Origin: a virus | Lineage: Duplodnaviria; Caudoviricetes | IMG/VR virus record: IMGVR_UViG_3300028025_002470 | Span: 1,709 to 65,708 of that record | Reading direction: 5' to 3' (one strand) | Length of the DNA: 64,000 nt | Shown: positions 16,229-27,000 of the stretch, one piece after another | Layout of the letters: the number at the start of each line of letters is the position of its first letter | Position numbering within the stretch: the first letter of the stretch is position 1 | The notes under the pieces: generated by a model | What the model was told of the DNA's origin: nothing | The model's database searches: none | What the model saw: only the letters and a program-made list of their open reading frames with translations | Program-made: the position numbers and the translations under genes

Positions 16229-16889
16229 CCATTTGTAGTATCCAGTTCATCTTCTCCATCCTTGGTGCGATATTCTTATGGACTCCCTTTCTCGAGGTGA
16301 GTCCTTTTTCTATGTACTCCTTTTGACTGAACTTACCAGTAGACAACTCATCGATCATCTTTCTGGCGTTGCCCATGCCGCCGTTGTATGCAGCCATGGT
16401 AAGATACTGCTCAGTCTTTGGTTCCATCTTTACTCCCTTCTTTGAACTGTACGCCCTCACCTCATCAGTAAAGTCTTTCAAGTATGCAGCCTTGGCCATC
16501 ATTGCGTCTTCGTTAGACTTGAAGTTGGCAGGGGTAACCACTTCTCCCTTCTCGTTATCGACAGTGTATGTTCTATAGTCCATGTCTTGCGGTATGTAAC
16601 CCTTCTTCTTTAGCTTAGGCGCCGCATCACCAAATGTATCCAGACCATAGTACCCAAATCCACTAACTGGGTATTGAGAACCAGCAGACTCATCATAAGC
16701 TTGATTCTGGACAGCCTCTAGTAAACCTTCCTGTATGGCATTAGCTGCTAGGAAATCTACCGGTACTTTACTTTTGGTAGATACCCTTCTGAGTAGATCA
16801 AGAGCTGTCTTGTTATCGTAAGGCATCTTCTTATTGAGGAGCCTATTGATAAGCACCTTCTCTGACTTTACTTTAGGTTTGTCTTTCAT
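16167..16889 (-). CDS. Lytic transglycosylase / lysozyme-like fold protein
   Basis: AANAIQEG (candidate catalytic Glu), AKAAYL, MAAYNGGMGN. Confidence 0.65.
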   Translation of the reverse strand: MKDKPKVKSEKVLINRLLNKKMPYDNKTALDLLRRVSTKSKVPVDFLAANAIQEGLLEAVQNQAYDESAGSQYPVSGFGYYGLDTFGDAAPKLKKKGYIPQDMDYRTYTVDNEKGEVVTPANFKSNEDAMMAKAAYLKDFTDEVRAYSSKKGVKMEPKTEQYLTMAAYNGGMGNARKMIDELSTGKFSQKEYIEKGLTSRKGVHKNIAPRMEKMNWILQMATGPAPGPKQQQFPTLFDYR

Positions 16890-16981
16890 CGTTTTTTATC
16901 TTTAGGTCATCTGCGTTTTTTAGCCTTACCTTTACGGCGCTAGCCGAATGTTGTCTTCTCTTTAGTACCACCCTTAGCCAT
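16886..16981 (-). pseudogene. Tiny basic protein frame with two internal stops
   Basis: MAKGGTKEKTTFG*RRKGKAKKRR*PKDKKR*, ending in an ATGA overlap with the next gene. Confidence 0.6.
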
Positions 16982-16984
16982 AGA

Positions 16985-17656
16985 TTATATTTTAGATAAT
17001 GTTATTAATTTAAGCATATATCTACCTAAGTGACTTGTTGTTTCATTTATTCTTGTTATGTTATTCGACCTATAGTCTACATGATTTCTAAAATGCTGAA
17101 TAGACTGAAACTCCCCTAAGTATTCTCCAGTAACTCTGTCTGTTACACCGACTGCTTTCCTTCTTTGACTAGCGAACAACCCCTTCTTACCGGAATTCCA
17201 AGCTGGCTTGTTTGTTTTTATACCCTTCTTCGGACTCGGTAATCCCATATGCGCAATAGATAGCTTTATCCTTTGTTCTTCGGTTAGCTTTATGCCTTTT
17301 CGCCCGTTTGACTTACCTATTTTAGCCTTAGACATTTTTTGTCTAGACTCCATAGATAGCGTCTTATTAGAATTTCCTCCGGATTCCATATTAAATCCAT
17401 CTTCTAAAGAGTTAAATAAAGCTATGTACAATCTTTCATACATATCCAAATCTTCTACTCTACAAGTAATGCACAGCTCAAATATAAAGGAGCTTTTACC
17501 GTACTTATTAAATGCTCTTTGCATGTGTTTATTATGGCATCTATTATTCAGTAGATTTGATTTGTGTGCTGTTATTCTTTTCTCTACTGTTTTAGATTGG
17601 CCTATATATACCATACCATTCCCATAGCACTGAATAATATATATTCCGCAACTCAT
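16985..17656 (-). CDS. GIY-YIG homing endonuclease with NUMOD3 repeats
   Basis: CGIYII...VYIGQS...R...H; SMESRQKMSKAKIG repeats; AT-rich. Confidence 0.92.
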   Translation of the reverse strand: MSCGIYIIQCYGNGMVYIGQSKTVEKRITAHKSNLLNNRCHNKHMQRAFNKYGKSSFIFELCITCRVEDLDMYERLYIALFNSLEDGFNMESGGNSNKTLSMESRQKMSKAKIGKSNGRKGIKLTEEQRIKLSIAHMGLPSPKKGIKTNKPAWNSGKKGLFASQRRKAVGVTDRVTGEYLGEFQSIQHFRNHVDYRSNNITRINETTSHLGRYMLKLITLSKI

Positions 17657-18075
17657 ATCTTTGATAGCTGGAAGTGCATACCGTCAATAGGATTTTTCCA
17701 ATCGCCGCCCCAATCAAAACCGGCGTCTTTAAAACATTTAACAAACCCTTCGCTGAGTTTAGGCTTGACTCCCAACCCATTCTCGAACGCATTTACATCG
17801 AGGCAGATAGCCCAACTGTGTAGGCTTAGTGATGTCTTACCTCTCTTCTTACGGATGTTAAAGCAACCATCCCACGTTTTCAGTTCACCTACGCATCCAC
17901 GCTCTATAAGGTTCTTAAAGGCCTGTTCTAGGGGCTTTACTAGGTCCTTGTTACAGTAGATACGCTTAGGTATTACGCCGATCTCTAGGGCCGTAGGAAC
18001 GTCCCACAGGGTCATCCATTTGTTGCTAGGATCTGGTTGTCCGTACTTCTTTAAACACTGTGCTGATGTTACCAT
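17653..18075 (-). CDS. Endolysin, M15 family peptidase
   Basis: FNIR, SLHSWAICLD, WGGDW, DGMHFQL. Confidence 0.9.
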   Translation of the reverse strand: MVTSAQCLKKYGQPDPSNKWMTLWDVPTALEIGVIPKRIYCNKDLVKPLEQAFKNLIERGCVGELKTWDGCFNIRKKRGKTSLSLHSWAICLDVNAFENGLGVKPKLSEGFVKCFKDAGFDWGGDWKNPIDGMHFQLSKI

Positions 18076-18078
18076 ATT

Positions 18079-21000
18079 TTATTTAGGTTTAAATAGTTTT
18101 TCTCTATTGATTTTGCCTGTCTTAATACTCTTCTTTGTTATGACGTCGAACCCTGTTGTCTTAATCGCAGACTTCTGATTGATGATCGCATTCAGCTCAT
18201 TAGGATCTGCGCCGGTTAGGATGAAGTCTCTGTAGATCTGATTTAGCTTGGAGATGGCGAACGCCTTCTTATCCTCAGCTATCTTCTCTGCAGATTTCTT
18301 TTCTTCTGGTGTCGCCTTCTCGTTGTACTTAACCTTGTTATACTCTGCGTTGATAGCTAATAGATCTTCTCCAGCCCTAGACATGATTATCGAAAAAGAC
18401 TTATGCAGGTCTATCTCGTAAGGTCTGGCGCCTGCTATCGCAAGGAATTCAGCAGCTGGTCTTTCTGTGGTAAACATACGCTTAACCAAAGCAATTGTTG
18501 ATGGTTCAAGCTGATCCCATATTGCTCCAGCAACCTTAGCTGCGGCTTGAATATCTGTATCGTTCTCAAGAACCATCTTCTGTTTGTTCTTTGGGTCTGT
18601 ATTGTTTCTAGCAGACCACATCGTAGAGAATGTCATCTCAGGCTCGAGGAATGCACTAAACAGTTCTGTTCCTGCAGCCATAACTCCCGGCTCCATCTGT
18701 GCACCAAAGATACCTTCTCTACCGTCAGTGAACGCGTTAAGCGACCTAGGAATTATTCCATAAGGATCGAGCGAAGACATATCGATAATAGTAAACTTAT
18801 GCGGTTGATCACCTTGCTTCACAGCTAAATCACCAGACCTCATAAATATTGGCGCCGCTTGTTTAATAGCATTCTTTCTTCTTTCCTCATCGTCATCACC
18901 CATTGCTGCACCAATCAAACCAGAGGCAGCCATGCCTGAAAGCTTGGCGACACCAACAGTTATAGCAGTCCTTAGCATAAAGTAAGACACAATACCTGCC
19001 ATTCTTTTCATACCAGCAGACTTCATCTGTGGATCTGATAGATCTTTCTTGGCTAGTTTTATAGAGTTATTTAAAACCCTCAGTGACTCAGCTTGGAAGC
19101 TAATGAAGTTACCAAATATTGGTATATTTTTACTGATAACTTTGGCGCCTTCAACAACCCTGTCGTATGTAGGCCAAGTGCTCTTAACCCTTTCTGACGA
19201 TTCCAGATCGACCTGCTCTTGCTGTTCTTTGGTAAGTGACTCATACGGAGCCTCGAACCTTCCCCTCGCTACAACCTGTCTTTCATTTAGGTAAGCATAT
19301 GCCTTCCAAAAATCATCACCAAGTCTGTAGAACTTATTAGCTTCTTTAAAGATGTTGTATCTTTTAGCAACCTTCTTACCCCACTTACCTTCTGGGCTGA
19401 GAGCTATATCTAAAGCGATGTCATGAAGGTCTCCACCCCCGAGCATTTCCTTTAGCTCTCTGGCGCCAACTGATTGACCTACCAAGTTAAGCTTGATAAG
19501 CTTCTCTGTCAGAGCATCTATCTCATCTTTACCGTATTGACCTTTCACATATTGCCAAGCACCCTTAAATGGTTCTGTGCCCTGACCGGTATACAGAAGT
19601 CCGTTGAGTACAGCAAATCCTAAGTTAGATTCAAAGTTCTTAAACTGTGTAGCCACAGAGCCTACTGTCTTACCCCATCTCACATAACCTACAAGCTTCA
19701 TCCAAGCCTGCACCATTGCGTTATACGTAGGCTCTATGCTCTGAATGGCTTCGTAGATCTCTGGTGTTGTATACAACCCGCCAAGAGGACTCATTGATTC
19801 TGTTCCAGTAGACGCCACCTGTACGCTGTGTGATGCAGGCCTAGACGGGTCTTTAGCTTCGAAGAATAATGTCCCCATCCCGAACTCTCTGAGCTTAGTA
19901 AGATACTCACTGGCGCCTTTGAGAGCAGCCTGCTTGGCAACAGTCATCATAAATTTAGTTCCCGGATCGGTATACTCACCCATCAGTTTCCTAATAGGAT
20001 CTGATATGTCCTTTCTATTCTGGAGGATACCAACGTCTCTCTTGTCCTCAGATAAACCAAAGTATGGATTGGTTTTCTTTTCAAGGATGGCGTTGACATC
20101 AGCCTGTGCTAGCCTAAGCGCCTCCTCTAAAAGCCTGAGCTTCTCAGACTCTTGCATGGCGTTTATAAACTCTTGTAAGTCTTGGTCAAACTTAGCTTGT
20201 TCTTCAGACGTTAACACTTTGTCTGAAGATATACCCTGTTGTGTTTTAAAGTAGTCAGTAAGTAAACCTTGGAACTTTTCGTTTGCCAGATAATTAACAG
20301 CAGCGTTTAACACCTCAGGCTCTGGCTTATATCCCTTTTCATTAAATAACTTATACGCCCTGTTGACATACTGACCGATATTCCTTTCCAGAGTTACTGC
20401 CTGATCGGGAGTAACATATCCAGAACCAATAAGATCTTTAGTCAACCTATCGATCTGTCCCCTCATGGCGTAAACATACGGTATGATCTCTTCTGGGAGA
20501 GCTTTGATCTCGTCAGGTACCAGAGAAGGAAGCTGATCGTCTTGTGCTGTAAAAGTCCTGCCTTCGTATGCCCTGTATGGATCGAACGGTACAATACCAT
20601 CCTCTTCAGGAATGAATCTTTGTACGTTATTAGCTACCACCATAGCTTTAGAGAATGCATCCCAGTCTTGGAATCCGATCCTCTTAGCCTCTGCCTTTAA
20701 CCTATCAAGAGTCTTAGCAGCTCTGGCGATCTCGATATTCTTTGTGCCCTTGGAGAAGTCTTTGATTGCAAGTACCCAGTCTGGTAATCCCTTTGCGGGA
20801 TCGAGCCACTTCTTTTTGAAGTCTGTGTACATCTTCTTGGCGACATTATCCTTTCTACCGTTCTGCGCCATATACTGGTCTACCAAGTTTCTCGGTATCT
20901 CCAAGCCTACGAACTTCTTGTCAATAGGTTTCCCGAACTGCCGACCTCTGTAAATGTTCTGCATCTTGGCACGCTCGATAAGATTATCTTGGCGCTGCTT

Positions 21001-24000
21001 AGAGAAGCTTGAGAAGCTGTCCCTAATATACTGCTCAGGATCGCTTATGAGTTTGTCAATCTCAGCCTTATCCATTTGGGTAACACTGGCAACTGCTCCA
21101 GCTATCTCTGCGTCTGACGCACCTTCGGCCTTCTTACGCATTACAAATGCGCCGAGCTTAAAGTCTTTGGAAAACTCTGGACGATTAGCTGCAGAAAGCT
21201 GTGGTATATTAGGAATTACCTTAATACTATTTGGATCTATTACCCTGACGCCATACCCAAGCATTGGTATACTTCTATAATCAATACCATCGTAGTTATT
21301 ATCCTTTAATAACTTCTCAGTTCTTTCAGGATTTATTTCATCATCTTCTGTAATTCCGTTTTCTGCTTGCAAGTCAAACCAGTCGTTGACATCTATCAGT
21401 CTAGCATTAAGAACTACAGGTATTACATCTCCATAATCAGAAGCTTCAGATTCATTATCGAAAAATGACACCCCACTAAACTCATCATCAGGAGTAAGAT
21501 TTGCTTTGAAATCAGTTATCTTATTATTGGTTCCGTGATAGAAAATTACAGCATTACCGTTCCGGTCTTTTATTGTTTTATTTGTAGCTATGTCGTTTGC
21601 TGTCTTTTGTATCAGTTTGCGATTACCTACAGAGAACTGTATCCTATCATCCTCGGTACTAAAGGTTCCAACATTCTCAGTAGCAGACTTGATTTGGTTA
21701 GGAGTGAATGCTACGTATACTGATAATCCGTCTGAGACTTTTTCTATAACGCCGTCCTTACCAAGTATTCCTGCTACGTCAGACATCATCTTATCGTAGC
21801 TGGTTTCTTGATTGTAAGACCTCTTGATGTTTTGAAGGACTTCTTTATCAAACCCCCGAACTCCGGACATATCGTCTACATACTTCTTAATCAATTCCTT
21901 CTTAGATAGACCTTCTGACTTTGTATAGAATGGAAGGTAGCTATTATAGAACCAGTTGTTATCACCATTAGAGAACAGCTGATAAGCTTGTTCTTTAGTT
22001 ATATTACTAGACTTATTGTCTATTACAAGAGGATTCTTTACGCTCGTAAAGACATTCATTGGTTTACCATACTGAGACGCAGCCTTCTTGTTGTCTGTCA
22101 TGTAGAAGCCGGGACCTTGCTGAGATAGTCTAGACTCCCAAGACATCTTGTTATATTCGAACTGGTCGAACTTAGCTTTAGTTCCATGGTAAACAACCAA
22201 TGGTTCTCCATTCTCGTCAACCACTTTAGACGCACTTTCAGGGTTAGCTTCCCAATCCCCAAACCAATCCTTGAACTCTGTAGTTCTTACTTGTTGGTAT
22301 TGTGTCTTGGTTAGCTTAGATGGTTGGCCATTAGGTGCTAGTCTATTACCTGCAGAGAATTGTATCCTATTGTCTTGAGTACTAAATGTTCCTACGTTTT
22401 CTGTAGCTGACTTAATTTGGTTGGGCTCTAGCGCAACGAAGATATCGTCTGTTTTGTCAAACGCTTTTACGTCCTTAAATATAACCCCATCTGAGCCTTT
22501 TGCAATAGCAGAATCAATGTACGAAGACATCTCCATACTCCTATCATATGCCACCTCAATTGGGTTCTTGATATTTAAGAAAAGATCCATTACCCTAGGC
22601 GAAGCTCCAGTTTCACTAATCCACTTGTCTTCCATTTCAGACAACATACTTTCGTTGATATCTGAAAGCCTTTTATTGTTGCCGTTTTTGTCATTCTCAA
22701 TACCTGCTTTTCGGTCTACTAGTTCGTAGTCTAGCTTACCTGCATCAAGAACAGAATCAGTAAAACGTTCTGCATCAACTTCTGAAAGATTAGCCTTGCT
22801 GATTACACTTTCTATTAATGACCTTAATTTCTGGTCACTATTTATCAGACTTTCCTTCTCCTGCTTCAGGACACTTTGATACGTCTCACGTATACTGTTG
22901 TTGGCGGCATCAAGATCTGCCTTGTACTTGTCTCTTATTTCACCGAATGAAACACCTGCTGTCTCCATCAGACTGGCAGATTTAATTCCGGTGTATTGCT
23001 GCGATGTATACTCATTGCCAGCAAAAAAGAATCCTAAATACGCAGCATCTGACATCCAGTTTTTACTGCCCAATCTGTCTTTTGAAAAAGCATCAAACAC
23101 TGCATTTGTGCCGTGATATACTACCCTTGGTTCGCCATTCTCATCTACAACCTTAGATGCATTTGCAGGGTCATTCTCCCAATCCCCAAACCAGTTCTTA
23201 AACTCTGGAGTGCGGACCTGTTCGTACTGCTTGGCGTTAAGCTTTGATGGTTTACCGTTAGGCGCTAGACGGTTCCCTGCTGAGAGCTGGGTAGCTGGTC
23301 GAACCACTTCGGCAGTACCGCCTGTAGCGTTTCTTCGTCCGCTTCTTGCTCCATCCCCCATAGCGCCTGCTCCAGATACATCTCCTGCGTTATCGGCAGA
23401 TTCCTCATCAATAAGAGCTTGATCACCGGATCTTGCCCAGCTTGGAGTCTTAACTCCTCCGGCAGCATTGTTAATTTTTGTTCTGGTTTCATCTATGTTA
23501 ATTTTACCTTGGTTGTAATCATCCCAAATATCGTTAATCTTTTTCTTATTATCCTTGTTGGCTTTATATTTATCTGTAAACAAACCACGCACAGCCTCCC
23601 AAGTAATACTCTGCATTTGTCTTGGCAATATACCTACCTCTTTAGCAGCTAACCTATACGCATCTGCAAAAGCAGGGTACGTGCCTGTTGATCCTGTGAC
23701 GTCAGAGCCCTTGCCTGAAAGGTTTGCCTTAACTTCAACATCACCTCCAGCTAATGGCTTTAACAAACCAGCTGCAACAGCATGCGTGTCAATAGTTACA
23801 TCTCCAGTGTCGGAGTTTGGATCAATGATATTGTTGTTGAAGTTCCTAACCTTATGCATATCCCCGAGCTGGCGAGAAATGTTTTCAAATGAACCATCTT
23901 CTGCAATGCTTATAGCTTTAGCAATAGTTGCATAACCTTGCCATCCTATCTTAGAATTATTACCACTCTTGGTCTTAGCTTTTCCTATTACGTCAGCGTT

Positions 24001-27000
24001 TGGTGATAAGATATCATAACTCTTGTCGTTATAGACCTCATCATAAGCTCTAAGAGTTTTAGGGAAAAGTTCAGGATATGCATCAAGCGGCTTGCCTAAT
24101 AGTATCTTGACATCCTCTTTTGCCTGTTCTATCAACTCTATTCTACGAGCAAGCATTTGCTCCTTAGTTTCATTCTTGCCCTTCTGTACATTGCCTGCAA
24201 TGACGACATATTTATCAGCCATCTTCTGGTCAAATATTTGTCCTCTTTTGTTTTTGACAATATCAAGAACACGCTCCGCCAGACTTACATTCTTGTACCA
24301 GTCCATCTGCGGGCTTAGTGAAGCCATAACTCCAGCAGCTTGTTCCTTAGAAACAGAGTACTTGCTAGCAAAGTCTTGAGCAATCTTATTAGCGCCATCA
24401 TACCATCTCCTAGATATTAGTCTAAGATTCTCATCGAATTGATTGTGCAACCATTTGAGATTGTCAGCAACGCCTCTTACAAACTTATCGTAAACTTTGT
24501 CAGCAACTTTCATTGCAGCCTTCTGATACTCTTCACTGCCGCCTTTGTTTTTAGACAGGAGACCTCTCTTAAGAGCAGCAATATCTGATTTCTTCACTCC
24601 AGTTAATAAAGGATATGACGCAACTTCTATAGCGTTATTAATGTAATTTGCAGGAGCTTCTCTTTGAGACTTTAAATCAACAATATATTTTCCAGATGTG
24701 TGCACATCTTCTGGGGCTCCTTTAGCAGAAGGAATACGTGTAGATACTTTTGGACCAGCCTGAACTTTAGACTCGACATCATTCGCCATCATCTGGTCAA
24801 TTGTTCTGGCCTGAGCTGCTTCATTCTGAAACTTACCTACATTCTCTTCGCCGACAATCTCAGATATATCTCTACCAGTCTTCAGTGCGTCAGCAACTTC
24901 TGATACAGTCTTCTTAAACTGTGCAATGTCTGTATCATTGATGATCGGATCGATACCAAAGAACTTGGCGATCTCGTTTATGAAGTCGATAAGCTTCTGC
25001 TTGAATCCAGTGTCAAGACTGTTGATGTCTATAAGACCAGCATTGATACGACCGATGGTTTCTACAATAGCTTCGTCGTTCTGTGTATCTACGTTATCGT
25101 ATTCTGGTTGAGATTGAGCCCATGCGAGAGCGTCGTCTATGCTTGAGTTTTTCTTAGCAGCATCTTGAAGCCCCCGAACCACCGCATCATACAATGGCTT
25201 GTTTGTGTTCCTGATGATATTCATCACCGGGTGTGAAGCCTCATGCCATACAACTACACCTGCCTCGATATCGTCAGCAAGCTTAGCCCTATTGATAGTT
25301 ATCTCGCCAGTGTCTGATACGAACAAACCCTGTGGTGCATTCGGATCGTCAATGGTTTTAAACTTAATATTAGATTTAGTTAATGACTCCTCAGCCATAG
25401 CAATAGCTTCATCCATTGGCGTCTCTGCCATGAACTGCTGAAGTTCTTCAGCCATAGTTGGCGCCTGTGCAGCTGGCTGTACGGCTTCTGGCTGTACAGA
25501 ATAAGCATCCTCAATCTGAGAGAACTCTTCTGGAAGTAGCGCCATCTTCTGCTCAGCAAATGGTCTTTGTGCTGGTGGAATATAACCTTCATCACCCTTC
25601 TTCTTCATAGTTCCATCAGGATTCCTCATGGACTTATTGAAGTTAACCCAAGAGTTCTGACCCCTTGTCTCGGTAGTCATAGCTCTTCTGGCTATAGGGG
25701 AATACATTCTTGCGTGTACATTCCAAGCGTTCTCTTCACCTATGGCGCCAAAGGAATTACCAAGTCTCGTATGACCGAAGTAGTCATGCACGAATCTGAA
25801 GATATCATTGATAAGCATTGGCTTACCGTTGACATCCTTTATACCGCTATCCCTAAGGAGTGCGTTCTGTTGTCTTTGTTGATCTGTTATAGGTGTATCC
25901 CCGAACCCTTCCTCTGTTGAGAAGATGTACATGTGTTTGTTATCACGCACGTCAGCAATCATCTCTCCGGAGTTCTTGTAAGGTTCGCCTTGTCCAGTCC
26001 ACATCTCTACCTTTACGCCAGACTTAGCAATAGCATCATACTGCTCCATGGTCTCATCGGCCATGGCTTGATATGATGACTGCACTTCTGGGTCGTCAGG
26101 TGTGTCGACAAGCTGATCGTATGCGTCAGCAATAGTCTTAGACTTGTTCTCATCAAGCTTAGTGATTGGCGCCGGCTCGGGAGTGTTAATACCTTTAGTC
26201 TTTTTAAACTCCTCTTCAACTCTTGCAGCCTCTGGATTAGGCTCATTAAAGAGTTTCTTACCCTGAGCTACTTCCGTTTTGCTGCCGAGATTGCTATCGC
26301 CAACATCTGCTTTCGGCTGCGTGGCGTCCCCTTGTTGCCCTTCTCCTTGCCCGACTTCTGGTTGTCCTTGTACATCTCCCTGAGGTTGGCTGATATCGCC
26401 TTCTGTTCGTCCTTCTTGGACGTTGCTTTGCGTAGTGGCATAGGATAGTATTTGTTTATCTACTTCTGATATTTTGTTCTTTATGTCAGCATGGAACGCC
26501 TCATTGCTGGTAGCGAGTTCCTGCTTTAACTTATTTCTTTCTTCAATCTTATCGGCGATCAACGACCTAGTCTCGTCGTCTGTTACGTCAGAAGGTATCT
26601 GTGAATCTACAGCTCTAGCTTCGTCAATCATCTTGCCAGCTTCTTGAGCCTGCTCTGGATTGATCTGGCCGGTCACGAGAAGCTCTCCAATCTTGGCGTC
26701 AACATCTTCCTTAGGTTGCCTTGCTACGCCAGTAAGTATTGTCTTAAATGATTTAGGATCTATGGCAGCCCTGCCAAGTTTAGTAAGTGCGCCAACTCCA
26801 AATGTAAACGCAAGTTCTCCAGCAACGTTCTCTTGTACGCCATCAAACAAACCACGATCAAGGCCATTCTCAAAAGCAGCAACGTTCTTAGCTATCTGTA
26901 AGCCACCAGCAACAGCTGCATCGGCACCACCTTCAACCAAGTTTTCTGCAACAAAGTTCTTAGATCCAACTACAACATTCTTTAGTGCATTCTTGAAACC

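Noticed and set aside
6650-17656. Group I introns around the homing endonucleases
   Set aside because: Flanking genes are complete and abut the endonuclease ORFs, leaving no room for an intron core.
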